Assembly: GCA_035936835.1 (NCBI GenBank)
Contig: DASYVT010000113.1
Coordinates: 8,072-72,071 of the forward strand
DNA length: 64,000 bases
Source: Candidatus Methylomirabilota bacterium
Lineage (GTDB): Bacteria > Methylomirabilota > Methylomirabilia > Rokubacteriales > CSP1-6
Reading direction: 5' to 3'
The notes under the pieces were generated by a model. The model made no database searches, was not told the origin of the DNA, and worked only from the letters and a program-made list of their open reading frames with translations. Numbering within the stretch: the stretch's first letter is position 1; every line of letters starts with the position of its first letter. Shown piece after piece: positions 55,107-63,182 of this stretch. Position numbers and translations under genes: made by a program.

Positions 55107-55979
55107 ATGCCGAAGCTCAAGAAGCCGCAGGTTGTGGAGACGGCCGCACCCGAGCTGGCGCGGCCCGACTGGATCCTGGTGGCGCTGGCCCTCGTGGGGC
55201 TGGGCGTCGCGGGGTACCTAAGCGCGCTCAAGCTCGGCGGCACCCAGGCCTTCCTCTGCCGGGGCGGCAGCGGCTGCGATCTCGTCCAGGCGAGCCGCTA
55301 TTCGCTGCTGGCCGGCGTGCCGACCGCGATGTGGGGCGCCGGAATCTACCTGGCCATCGCCGTGCTCGCCGCGATGCCGCGGACCGCGCGCCGCTGGCAG
55401 GCGGCCTTCATGCTGGTTTCCGGCGCCGTCGCCTTTTCCCTCTACCTGACGTACATCTCGATCTTCGTCATCGGCGCGACCTGCCCGTACTGCCTAGGCT
55501 CGGGCGGGATCTCCGTGGCGCTCCTCGTGGCCATGCTGTGGCGGCGCCCACCGGCGCAGGGCCGGCAGGCCGCGGTCTACAAGCCCGGCAGGCTGGCGGC
55601 GCTCGGGATCACCGCGGGCATCTTCACCGTCGTCTTCGGCGCCTTCATCTTCGCCGCCGACTTCTCGGTGCCGGCCGGCTACCAGTCCGCGCTCGCCCAG
55701 CACCTGGCGAAGAGTCAGGGCATCTTCTACGGCGCCTTCTGGTGACCCGCGTGCACAGAGCAAAAGGCCCGGTTCGGGTCTGCCGCGCGAGAGCTTCCGT
55801 ACATCGAGTGCGATCCCAAGGGCGTCAACCCGCGCCAGGATCTCTGTGAGAAGGTGCCCGTGCGCTCCTATCCGACCTGGGTGATCGACGGGCAGAAATA
55901 CGAGGGCGTCATGTCCCTCGACAGGCTGGCCGAGCTGTCGAAGTTCCGCTACGCCACGCCGACTGCGGCAAAGCCGTGA
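55107..55979 (+). CDS. Vitamin K epoxide reductase (VKOR)-thioredoxin-like fusion with an in-frame TGA at 55743-55745 in the position of the Trx first active-site Cys (FYGAFW-U-PAC). Candidate selenoprotein, or alternatively a Cys-to-stop pseudogene.
   Basis: VKOR loop Cys pair (CRGGSGC) and TM CPYC. Downstream, in the same frame across the TGA: the FYGAxW(C)xxC motif, cis-Pro (SYPTWVIDG) 43 residues later, and a stop overlapping the next gene start (GTGA). A GC-rich hairpin lies 20-40 nt after the TGA. Confidence 0.6.
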
Positions 55980-57646
55980 CAGGGGCCGAGCTCTCCTCGC
56001 TGATGGCGGGCCCGAGCCCGCACGCGGTCCTCGACCTGCGCGAGCGGGCCGCGTACGCGGGCGGCCATATCTTCCGGGCCACCAATTTGCCGCGCTGCCT
56101 CCTCGAGTTCCGGCTGTTCCAGCTGGTGACGGCCAAGCGCACTCCGATAGTTCTCTGCGATGCGGACGGGCGGCTCGCGGCCCTGGCGTTGCCCGCGGTG
56201 CGCGCCATGGGCTTCACCGACGTGCGGGTGCTCGACGGCGGCCTCGAGGCGTGGCGCCGCGAGGGGCGCGGGACGATCACCGGCATCAACGTGCCGAGCA
56301 AGGCCTTCGGCGAGTGGGCGCTCCACACGCTGCGCACGCCGCAGATCCCGCCGCATGAGCTCCAGGCGTGGATCGACGGCGGCCGCGACATGGTCATCGT
56401 GGACTCGCGGACGCCCGAAGAATACGCGCGCGGCTGCATCCCCGGGGCCTGGAGCATGCCGGGGGGCGAGCTCATGCTGCGGATCGGCGAGCTGGCGAAG
56501 AGCCCCAAGACGACCATCGTTGTCCACTGCGGCGGCCGGACGCGGAGCTACATCGGCGCCGAGTCGCTTCGCCGTATGGGGCTGCCCAATCCCATCGTCG
56601 CGCTCGAGAACGGCACAATGGGCTGGGAGCTGGCCGGGCTGACCCTCGAGCGCGGCGCCGACCGCCGCGTGGCGGAGGTTTCCGAGGCGAGCCGGAAGCG
56701 CGCGGCGGCCGCGGCTTTGCTGATCGCGAAGGACGACGGCATCGCCTCGATCGCGCCGGCCGCGCTCGAAGCGCTCTGGGCCCGTCGCGCCGAGGAGAAC
56801 GTGGCGCTCCTCGACGTGCGCACGCGCGAGGAGTACGAGGAGGGTCACGTGGCGGGCGCCACCTGGGCGCCCGGCGGCCAGGCCGTCCAGGCGACCGATG
56901 AGTACATCGCCGTCCGCGCCGCGCGGGTGGTGCTGGTCTGCGACGGCGCGGGGCGGTCGACCATGACCGCCGCGTGGCTCAAGCGCATGGGGATGCCCGA
57001 GGTCTCCGTCCTGGCGGGCGGCCTGCCCGCGTGGAAGGCGGGCGGCGGCGCTGTCGAAACCGGCCACCCGGATCCCGAGCCCTGGGGTTATGTTGCAGCG
57101 CGAGCCGCCGTCGGCACGCTCGGCCCCGTCGAGCTCTTGGCCGCTCTCGGCGGCGCGCAGGCGCCACCCGCTCCCGCGAAGGCTCTCCCCGCTCCCGCGA
57201 AGGCTCTCCCCGCCCCCGCGAAGGCTCCCCCCGCCCCCGCGAAGGCTCCAATGGTCCTGAGCGTGGACCAGAGCGACGTGTATGCGCGCGGCCACGTGCC
57301 GGGCGCGGCGTGGCTCTGCCGGAGCCGCCTCGAATGGAAGGCGCCCCAGGCGCTGTCCGACCGCGCGCAGGCGCTCGTCCTCACGTGCCGCGACGGGCGC
57401 CACTCGACGCTTGCCGCCGCCGCGCTCGCGCGGCTCGGGTATGCGTCGGTCCGCGTGCTCGAGGGCGGCACCCAGGCCTGGGAGCGCAAGGGGCTGGCGC
57501 TCGAGACGGGCAAGACCCTGCTCCTCGACGAGACCGACGACGTCGTGCTCAAGCCCTACGAGAAGGGCCGCGAAGCCATGGAGGCGTATCTGAAATGGGA
57601 AGTCGATCTCGACCCCGCCGCCCTCGACGCCGCGCGGTCAAAGTAG
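55976..57646 (+). CDS. Multi-domain rhodanese sulfurtransferase (4 tandem rhodanese domains, 3 with catalytic Cys)
   Basis: Catalytic loops HCGGRTRS, VCDGAGRS and TCRDGRHS. PAPAKA-type repeat linker. Confidence 0.85.
   Translation: MTGAELSSLMAGPSPHAVLDLRERAAYAGGHIFRATNLPRCLLEFRLFQLVTAKRTPIVLCDADGRLAALALPAVRAMGFTDVRVLDGGLEAWRREGRGTITGINVPSKAFGEWALHTLRTPQIPPHELQAWIDGGRDMVIVDSRTPEEYARGCIPGAWSMPGGELMLRIGELAKSPKTTIVVHCGGRTRSYIGAESLRRMGLPNPIVALENGTMGWELAGLTLERGADRRVAEVSEASRKRAAAAALLIAKDDGIASIAPAALEALWARRAEENVALLDVRTREEYEEGHVAGATWAPGGQAVQATDEYIAVRAARVVLVCDGAGRSTMTAAWLKRMGMPEVSVLAGGLPAWKAGGGAVETGHPDPEPWGYVAARAAVGTLGPVELLAALGGAQAPPAPAKALPAPAKALPAPAKAPPAPAKAPMVLSVDQSDVYARGHVPGAAWLCRSRLEWKAPQALSDRAQALVLTCRDGRHSTLAAAALARLGYASVRVLEGGTQAWERKGLALETGKTLLLDETDDVVLKPYEKGREAMEAYLKWEVDLDPAALDAARSK
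57170..57250 (+). repeat. 21-nt tandem repeat x4 (GCyCCCGCGAAGGCTCyCCCC), encoding an (A)PAPAKA linker inside the rhodanese gene
   Basis: Direct repeats read from the sequence. Confidence 0.7.
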
Positions 57647-57705
57647 CCCGGAAGGCGAAGCGCCCCGCGCGCTCCGCGAAGCGCCGGCCGGCGCGCGCGA
57701 AGCCG

Positions 57706-58596
57706 GTGCGGCTCAAGGCGCCCGGCGCCCTCGTCAGCACCGAGTGGCTGGCCGCCCACCTGTTAGAGCCTCGCGGGGGCGCGGCTGAGCCTCGCGGGGG
57801 CGCGGCTGGCCCGCGCGTGCGCGTCCTGGACGGGACGTGGCACATGCCCCAGCTCCAGCGCGATCCCCGGCGCGAGTTCGAGGACGCGCACATCCCGGGC
57901 GCGGCCTTCTTCGACATCGACGGCATCGCCGACCGCGCGAGCCTGCTTCCCCACATGCTGCCGGGCGCGGCCCAGTTTGCCCGCCAGGTGGGCGCGCTCG
58001 GCATCTCGAACGCCGACCTGGTGGTGGTCTACGACGCGCGGGGAGTGGTCAGCGCCGCGCGAGTCTGGTGGACCTTCCGCGCCTTCGGCCATGACCGGGT
58101 TGCCGTGCTCGACGGGGGCCTGCGCAAGTGGCGGGCAGAAGGGCGGCCCGTCGAGTCGGGCCCCGCGACGCCTGCGCCGCGGCGATTTACCGCGCGGCGC
58201 AGGCTTGCGCTCGTGCGCGACCTCGGGCAGATGCGGCGCAACATGGAAAGCCGCCGCGAGCAGACGCTTGACGCCAGATCGCGCGGCCGCTTCGCCGGCA
58301 CCGAGCCCGAGCCGCGCGCGGGACTGCGCGGCGGCCACATTCCGGGCAGCCTGAACCTGCCGTACGACATGCTCTACCGCCCCGACGCCACGCTCCTGCC
58401 GCCCGACGGGCTCCGCCAGGCTTTCGCCGCAGCCGCCGTGGATCTGGGCAAGCCCGTCGCGACGACGTGCGGCTCGGGCATCACGGCCTCGGTGCTGGCG
58501 CTTGGACTGCATCTCATCGGCCACAAAAAGGTCGCGGTGTATGACGGCTCGTGGACAGAGTGGGCCGGCCGCTCCGACACCCCCGTCGAACCCTAG
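57706..58596 (+). CDS. sseA: 3-mercaptopyruvate / thiosulfate sulfurtransferase (two-domain rhodanese, SseA-like)
   Basis: Motif LVSTEWLAAHL...VRVLDGTWHMP and catalytic CGSGITAS. GTG start at 57706 is inferred. The track ORF (56974) is an over-extension overlapping the previous gene. Contains a 21-nt x2 repeat (EPRGGAA). Confidence 0.8.
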   Translation: MRLKAPGALVSTEWLAAHLLEPRGGAAEPRGGAAGPRVRVLDGTWHMPQLQRDPRREFEDAHIPGAAFFDIDGIADRASLLPHMLPGAAQFARQVGALGISNADLVVVYDARGVVSAARVWWTFRAFGHDRVAVLDGGLRKWRAEGRPVESGPATPAPRRFTARRRLALVRDLGQMRRNMESRREQTLDARSRGRFAGTEPEPRAGLRGGHIPGSLNLPYDMLYRPDATLLPPDGLRQAFAAAAVDLGKPVATTCGSGITASVLALGLHLIGHKKVAVYDGSWTEWAGRSDTPVEP

Positions 58597-58607
58597 GAGG
58601 CTTTGTT

Positions 58608-59168
58608 ATGACGGCGTATACGCTCAAGCAGTTCGTGGACCACCTCGACGCCATCACCGCCGCGGAAGGCGATCCGGCGGTGATCACGGCGAAGGCGGCG
58701 CCGCTCCTGAAGCGACTGTGTCTGAACCCCGACGCCCTCCCGGCCGAGTACCGCACGGCGCCCGCGGGGCAGCGCGGCCGCTACCTGCTCCACCGCGCCC
58801 CGCGCTTCAACGTCACGTCCGTGATCTGGCGCCCGGGCGACGAGGCGGGATCCCACGACCACGAGACCTGGGGGCTGGTCGGCGTCGTGGAGAACGAGAT
58901 ACAGGAGACGCGCTACACGTCAGCCGGCACACGCGACCTCGGCGGCAAGATCACCCTCAAGGTCAAGGAAGTCTTCCACCACAAGGCCGGCGCGGTCTCC
59001 ACGCTCGTTCCGCCCCACGACGAGATCCACGCCATGTACAACCCGACCAAGCGGGATACGGTCGAGATCCACGTCTACGGCAAAGACCTCGCGGGGCTCC
59101 AGCGCCACACCTTCGACAGGGACGGCACGGTCAAGTCCCTCGTCAGCTCCAAGTACATGAATTGCTGA
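58608..59168 (+). CDS. Cysteine dioxygenase type I family cupin (thiol dioxygenase)
   Basis: CDO-family motif (VIWRPGDEAGSHDHETWGLVGVVEN) and metal His ligands. GGAGG RBS. Confidence 0.75.
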   Translation: MTAYTLKQFVDHLDAITAAEGDPAVITAKAAPLLKRLCLNPDALPAEYRTAPAGQRGRYLLHRAPRFNVTSVIWRPGDEAGSHDHETWGLVGVVENEIQETRYTSAGTRDLGGKITLKVKEVFHHKAGAVSTLVPPHDEIHAMYNPTKRDTVEIHVYGKDLAGLQRHTFDRDGTVKSLVSSKYMNC

Positions 59169-59401
59169 CGGACTCTCCCCGAGCGCGGACGCCGGCGCCG
59201 AAGAGGCGCTCGGGCGAGCGATCGACGCCGATCCAGGCTTCGAGGCGGTGCACGCGGCCCCCGCGCGTGCTCCACCTGCGCGGCGCCATGCCCGAGGTCC
59301 GCGCCGCCGCGAGGATCGAGGAGCCGCGCCGGGCCGAGCAGGAGGCGCGACAGCCGGCGGGGCGCGTCGCCGCGGACCTGGCCGAGGCCATGGCGGTCTC
59401 C

Positions 59402-59923
59402 TTATGGAAGCCTGCAGCGGTCGAAGAGCTCCCGGTCGATTGGGATGTATCGGGAGCTTTCGCGGACAAGATGCCACGAACGCCGGGTTCGTGGAATGGC
59501 ATTTTCCACGACGCGGCCGGTCCGCCTGATCTCCTGCACGGCCGGCGCGAGATCCCCATCGCCGCTGACCAGGATGGCCGCGTCGTAGAGATCGCGGTAC
59601 GCCAGAGAAACCATGTCGGTGGCGATCTTGACGTCCAGGCCTTTTTCGTGCCACACGCCGTCAGCCTGGGCCATCCGTCCCGTCCACACTACGAGTTCCT
59701 GCTGCTGCCTGAGGCGCCGGAGGAACCGTTGCTGGTCTGCGTATACATCGGCGCCCATCTCCTGTGGAACAGCGGCGATGTAGAAGGCCGTCCTCACAAC
59801 GTGTCGTCCCGCAGCCAGCCCAGCGGCGAGCTGCAGGGGAGAGTATCGAGTCCAGCCAAAGACGGTCTTGAACGCCCGGTAGACGTTAGCTCCGTCGATA
59901 AACACCGCGACGCGAACCGGCAT
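59402..59923 (-). CDS. NYN domain (LabA-like, PIN-like) protein
   Basis: Motif VAVFIDGANV...ILVSGDGDLAP. 173 aa. Confidence 0.7.
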   Translation of the reverse strand: MPVRVAVFIDGANVYRAFKTVFGWTRYSPLQLAAGLAAGRHVVRTAFYIAAVPQEMGADVYADQQRFLRRLRQQQELVVWTGRMAQADGVWHEKGLDVKIATDMVSLAYRDLYDAAILVSGDGDLAPAVQEIRRTGRVVENAIPRTRRSWHLVRESSRYIPIDRELFDRCRLP

Positions 59924-60083
59924 GGGTCAGAGAAAGACCCGGCGTCCCGGGGGGGCGCCGGGATACTGACCCACCGTCGCGGATAACCGGGACATGTGGG
60001 GGGGTAATTCGCAGCTGCATTCACATCTAACCGCTACCACGCCCTCCCTGTCAAGCCAATGTCCTGAGCCGGATACACCCGCG

Positions 60084-60923
60084 TCAATAGACCTCGTCGC
60101 GCTCGCCGAACTCGAAGGCCTCGGTGCGATCCTCGAGCTCTTCGGGCGTGACGAGGCCCTTGTCCGCGAGCAGCCGCTCGAAGGAGGCGAGCCAGCGCTC
60201 GTAGTAGCGCGACTCCTCGCCGCGCGCCTCGGCCTGGGCGATCTGGGCGATCAACTGGCGCTGGAACTCCCCCCAGCCGTAGAGACGGTGATCGTGGAGC
60301 GCGACGGCCATGCCGAAGACGCGCCCTTCCCACGGCTCCTCGAAGACCAGCTCGCCGTTCTTGCGCGGCACGGCCGCGGGCCCGTCCATGTTGGCGAGAA
60401 GCCTGTCCGACGCGGCATTGTCATGGAGCGCCGCGGGCGGGAGGCCCGCGGGCGGCGGGACGCGGCAGGCCTTCGGCTGCGGCGCGCCCTGGCGGAGGTG
60501 TAAGTCGGCCACGGGTTGGCCGTCGGGCCGCTCTTCCCACGTGGATGCGGTGAACTGGTAGGCCGCAAGGGCCGGCGGCGGCGGCGACCACTCCTCCGCG
60601 CGGACCAATCCCTCGATCCAGTCGTAGAGCGCCACGACCTGCGCGTCCGTCGCGATCGAGTGGAACCAGGCCTGCCGCCCGTCGAAGAGCAGCATCGCCA
60701 CATTGGCCAGCGCGCAGGGGCCGAGGCAGCCGCCGATGGTGAGATGCACGCGGTTGCGCAGGCTGCGCCGCTCCCATTCGGTATGGTAGAGGTCGCGCGG
60801 CACGGGCGCGTAGCCGTCCTGGACGCGCCCGCAGCAGCAGGCGTCGGCGCAGACGAAGAGCTGCCCGAGCATGCGCGCCACGTGAATGCGTCGGCCGTCC
60901 GGACGCGAGACGATATTGCGCAC
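60084..60923 (-). CDS. Nitrile hydratase accessory/activator protein: a fusion of an N-terminal Cys-rich thioredoxin-like [2Fe-2S]-ferredoxin-like (DUF1636-like) domain with a C-terminal NHase beta-homologous chaperone domain
   Basis: N-terminal Cys pattern CADACCC...GGCLGPCALANV. C-terminal VFEEPWEGRVFGMAVAL...ERWLASFERLLADKG resembles the NHase beta N-terminus and accessory proteins. The GTG start 2 nt after the alpha stop is inferred. The track ORF extends to 61205. Confidence 0.6.
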   Translation of the reverse strand: MRNIVSRPDGRRIHVARMLGQLFVCADACCCGRVQDGYAPVPRDLYHTEWERRSLRNRVHLTIGGCLGPCALANVAMLLFDGRQAWFHSIATDAQVVALYDWIEGLVRAEEWSPPPPALAAYQFTASTWEERPDGQPVADLHLRQGAPQPKACRVPPPAGLPPAALHDNAASDRLLANMDGPAAVPRKNGELVFEEPWEGRVFGMAVALHDHRLYGWGEFQRQLIAQIAQAEARGEESRYYERWLASFERLLADKGLVTPEELEDRTEAFEFGERDEVY

Positions 60924-60925
60924 GG

Positions 60926-61573
60926 CTACCGGGCCGCCGCGGGAGCCTGGCAGAGCGCCACGCCGATCATGGCATCGCGGGTGACGAGCGCCGCCAGCTC
61001 GGCATCCGAGAGCCCCTCGGTGCCTTCGGGGCGCAGCGGCAGCACCATGTAGCGGATCTCGGCGCTCGAATCCCAGACGCGGATCTCGGTGTCGGGCGGC
61101 AGCTCGACGCCGAACTCGACCAGAATCTTGCGCGGCTCGAGGACGGCCCGCGAGCGATAGGCGGGCGACTTGTACCAGACGGGCGGGAGTCCGAGCACGA
61201 TCCACGGGTAGCAGGAGCAGAGCGTGCAGACGACCAAGTTGTGAACGGCGGGCATGTTGTGACCGGGGGGCATGTTGTGGACGACGGGCGTGTTCTCGTG
61301 GACGACCAACTTGTCCCCGCCGCCGCGCCCGGTGAAGCCCAGCTCCGCGATGGCCGCCGTGCCGTCGGTGAGGAGCCGTTGCTTGTACGCCGGATCGACC
61401 CAGGCGCGGGCGACGACCCTGGCGCCGTTCATCGGCCCGACGTCCTTCTCGTAGGTCTGCACGACCGTGTCCACCACCTCGGTGGACAGCAGGCCCTTCT
61501 CGATCAGGAGCGACTCGATCGCGCGCACGCGATGGACCACCCAGGGCTCGGGCTCGGTATGATGGCTGCCCAT
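60926..61573 (-). CDS. nthA: Nitrile hydratase alpha subunit (Co-type, CTLCSC)
   Basis: Metal-binding motif [22 protein letters not shown] (the Thr variant indicates the cobalt type). Conserved N-terminus. The ATG follows the beta stop after 1 nt. Confidence 0.9.
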   Translation of the reverse strand: MGSHHTEPEPWVVHRVRAIESLLIEKGLLSTEVVDTVVQTYEKDVGPMNGARVVARAWVDPAYKQRLLTDGTAAIAELGFTGRGGGDKLVVHENTPVVHNMPPGHNMPAVHNLVVCTLCSCYPWIVLGLPPVWYKSPAYRSRAVLEPRKILVEFGVELPPDTEIRVWDSSAEIRYMVLPLRPEGTEGLSDAELAALVTRDAMIGVALCQAPAAAR

Positions 61574-61574
61574 C

Positions 61575-62258
61575 TCAGGCCTCCAGCGGCTGGAGATAAC
61601 TTTCCCAGAGATCGATGTACACGCGCTCCTTCGGCTCCGCGGCGTCTCCCCACAGCTCGCCCGACTCGAAACGCACGCTGTAGAGCGGCTCGGGGCAGCG
61701 GCCGCGCCCGTGCGCATGGGCGTCCGGCAGTATGTAGACGCCGTGGATCGTGTGGATGCGCCCACAGTGCCCGCGAGCATAGCCCGGCAAGCGCGTGTGG
61801 CCGGCCGGCTGCCAATTGCGCGTGACGACGGCATCGCCCGGCTTGAAGCGCGGCGTGGGATTGGGCTCGCTCTTCTCGGCCATGCCCTTGCGTACCACGT
61901 TCATCACCGTGGCGAGAAGCTCCGGGTCCTTGCGATCCGGCAGCGGGGCGTTCAGGTTCCGCTCGAAGTGCTTGGTCCGCGCGTCGAGCTCGTCGCGGCC
62001 GATGACGCCCTTCTCGATCAGCAGGGTTTCGACCGAGGCGAGCCAGTGCTCGTAGTAGCTCGTGTCGAGGTAGCGCGCCTGTCCCATGCGCTCGATGGCG
62101 TGACGGAACTCGTCGATATTGTAGATTCGCTTGACCATGCCGACCAGGTTCATCACGAGCACGGCCTTTTCCCAATCCGCGTGGAAGGCGGGCTCGTTCG
62201 GCTCGCGTTCGATGGGGCCGAAACCATGCTTGCCGCCGAGGTCGTGGACGCCGTTCAT
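61575..62258 (-). CDS. nthB: Nitrile hydratase beta subunit
   Basis: N-terminus [15 protein letters not shown]...[16 protein letters not shown]-terminus GVYILPD...[16 protein letters not shown]. Confidence 0.9.
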   Translation of the reverse strand: MNGVHDLGGKHGFGPIEREPNEPAFHADWEKAVLVMNLVGMVKRIYNIDEFRHAIERMGQARYLDTSYYEHWLASVETLLIEKGVIGRDELDARTKHFERNLNAPLPDRKDPELLATVMNVVRKGMAEKSEPNPTPRFKPGDAVVTRNWQPAGHTRLPGYARGHCGRIHTIHGVYILPDAHAHGRGRCPEPLYSVRFESGELWGDAAEPKERVYIDLWESYLQPLEA

Positions 62259-62298
62259 GATGGGTGTGCGCGGATGATCCCGCGGCGCGGCAGGGCTG

Positions 62299-63132
62299 TC
62301 AAGCCGGCTTGCGGCCCCAGGTGAAGATGTGGAGCCTGCCGGCGATGACCGGCCCGCGCGCCTGCTCGGCGTGGAGCGCATCCAGCCAGCTGCGGCGCTC
62401 GGCTTCCGTGATGGCCCCGGCCGTGAGAGCCGTGTCGGCGGCACGCTCGGCCAGCCCGCCGTAGAAGCCACGCGGATCGGTCTCGAGCGGGAAGAAGCCG
62501 CGCACCCGCACGTCCTGGAGCCCGGCGCGCGCGAAGAGCAGCGGCAGTCGCCGCGCGAGCCAGCCGTCCACGGCGGTGGCGTCCGAGGCGGCGGCAACGA
62601 TCCGGCGCGTGAGCGCGCGGTCCGAATGTGTGATCGACGTCATGTCAGTGTCGAGATCGAAGACTCCCACGCGCCCGCCCGGGCACACCACGCGCGCCAT
62701 CTCGGGAATGGCACTCTCGCCGCCGGGAGTGTGCGAGAGCACCGTGACGGCGACCGCGACGTCGAAGGCGCCGACGGGGAAGGGGAGGCTGAGCGCGCTG
62801 CCCTCGAGGAATTCTACGCGGCCGCCGAGCCCCGCCCCCTCCGCGAGCTCGCGCGCCATAGCGAGGAACTGCGGGCTCTGGTCCACGCCGACCGCGCGCC
62901 CGGCCGGGCCGACGCGTCGAGCGATGTCGCGCGTGACGACGCCGCTGCCGCAGCCGACGTCGAGCACGCGCTCGCCCGCCGTCACGCCGAGCAGGTCGAG
63001 GTAGGCCGCCCGCGCCTCGATCTCGTCCTGGGCCTTGGCGCGGAGCTCGAGCCGGCCGGCAAGCTCGCGCGCCTTGGTCGGGTCGAGGCCAGCAGTGTCT
63101 CGCCATTGGCTCTGCCGTCCATACTGGGTCAT
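62299..63132 (-). CDS. Class I SAM-dependent methyltransferase
   Basis: Motif I (VLDVGCGSG) and a Rossmann-like fold. An alternative TTG start at 63156 is possible. Confidence 0.75.
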   Translation of the reverse strand: MTQYGRQSQWRDTAGLDPTKARELAGRLELRAKAQDEIEARAAYLDLLGVTAGERVLDVGCGSGVVTRDIARRVGPAGRAVGVDQSPQFLAMARELAEGAGLGGRVEFLEGSALSLPFPVGAFDVAVAVTVLSHTPGGESAIPEMARVVCPGGRVGVFDLDTDMTSITHSDRALTRRIVAAASDATAVDGWLARRLPLLFARAGLQDVRVRGFFPLETDPRGFYGGLAERAADTALTAGAITEAERRSWLDALHAEQARGPVIAGRLHIFTWGRKPA

Positions 63133-63182
63133 GACTAACCGCAGGTAGTCTAGCAAGTTCGAGGCGGGATATACTCCCGGCG

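Noticed and set aside
55743-55745. Treating the TGA simply as the VKOR stop with an independent downstream Trx gene
   Set aside because: There is no start codon in frame between the TGA and the Trx motif, and the FYGAFW beta-strand that belongs to the Trx fold lies upstream of the TGA. A two-gene model does not fit.
55331-55849. 172-aa plus-strand ORF overlapping the VKOR 3' end and the Trx-like region
   Set aside because: Out-of-frame relative to the VKOR-Trx reading frame, which carries all the conserved motifs. Arg-rich artefact.
56974-57705. N-terminal 244-codon extension of the 3-MST ORF (the track ORF starts at 56974)
   Set aside because: The extension overlaps the rhodanese gene in another frame and is Arg/Pro/Ala low-complexity. 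The conserved 3-MST N-terminus begins near the GTG at 57706.
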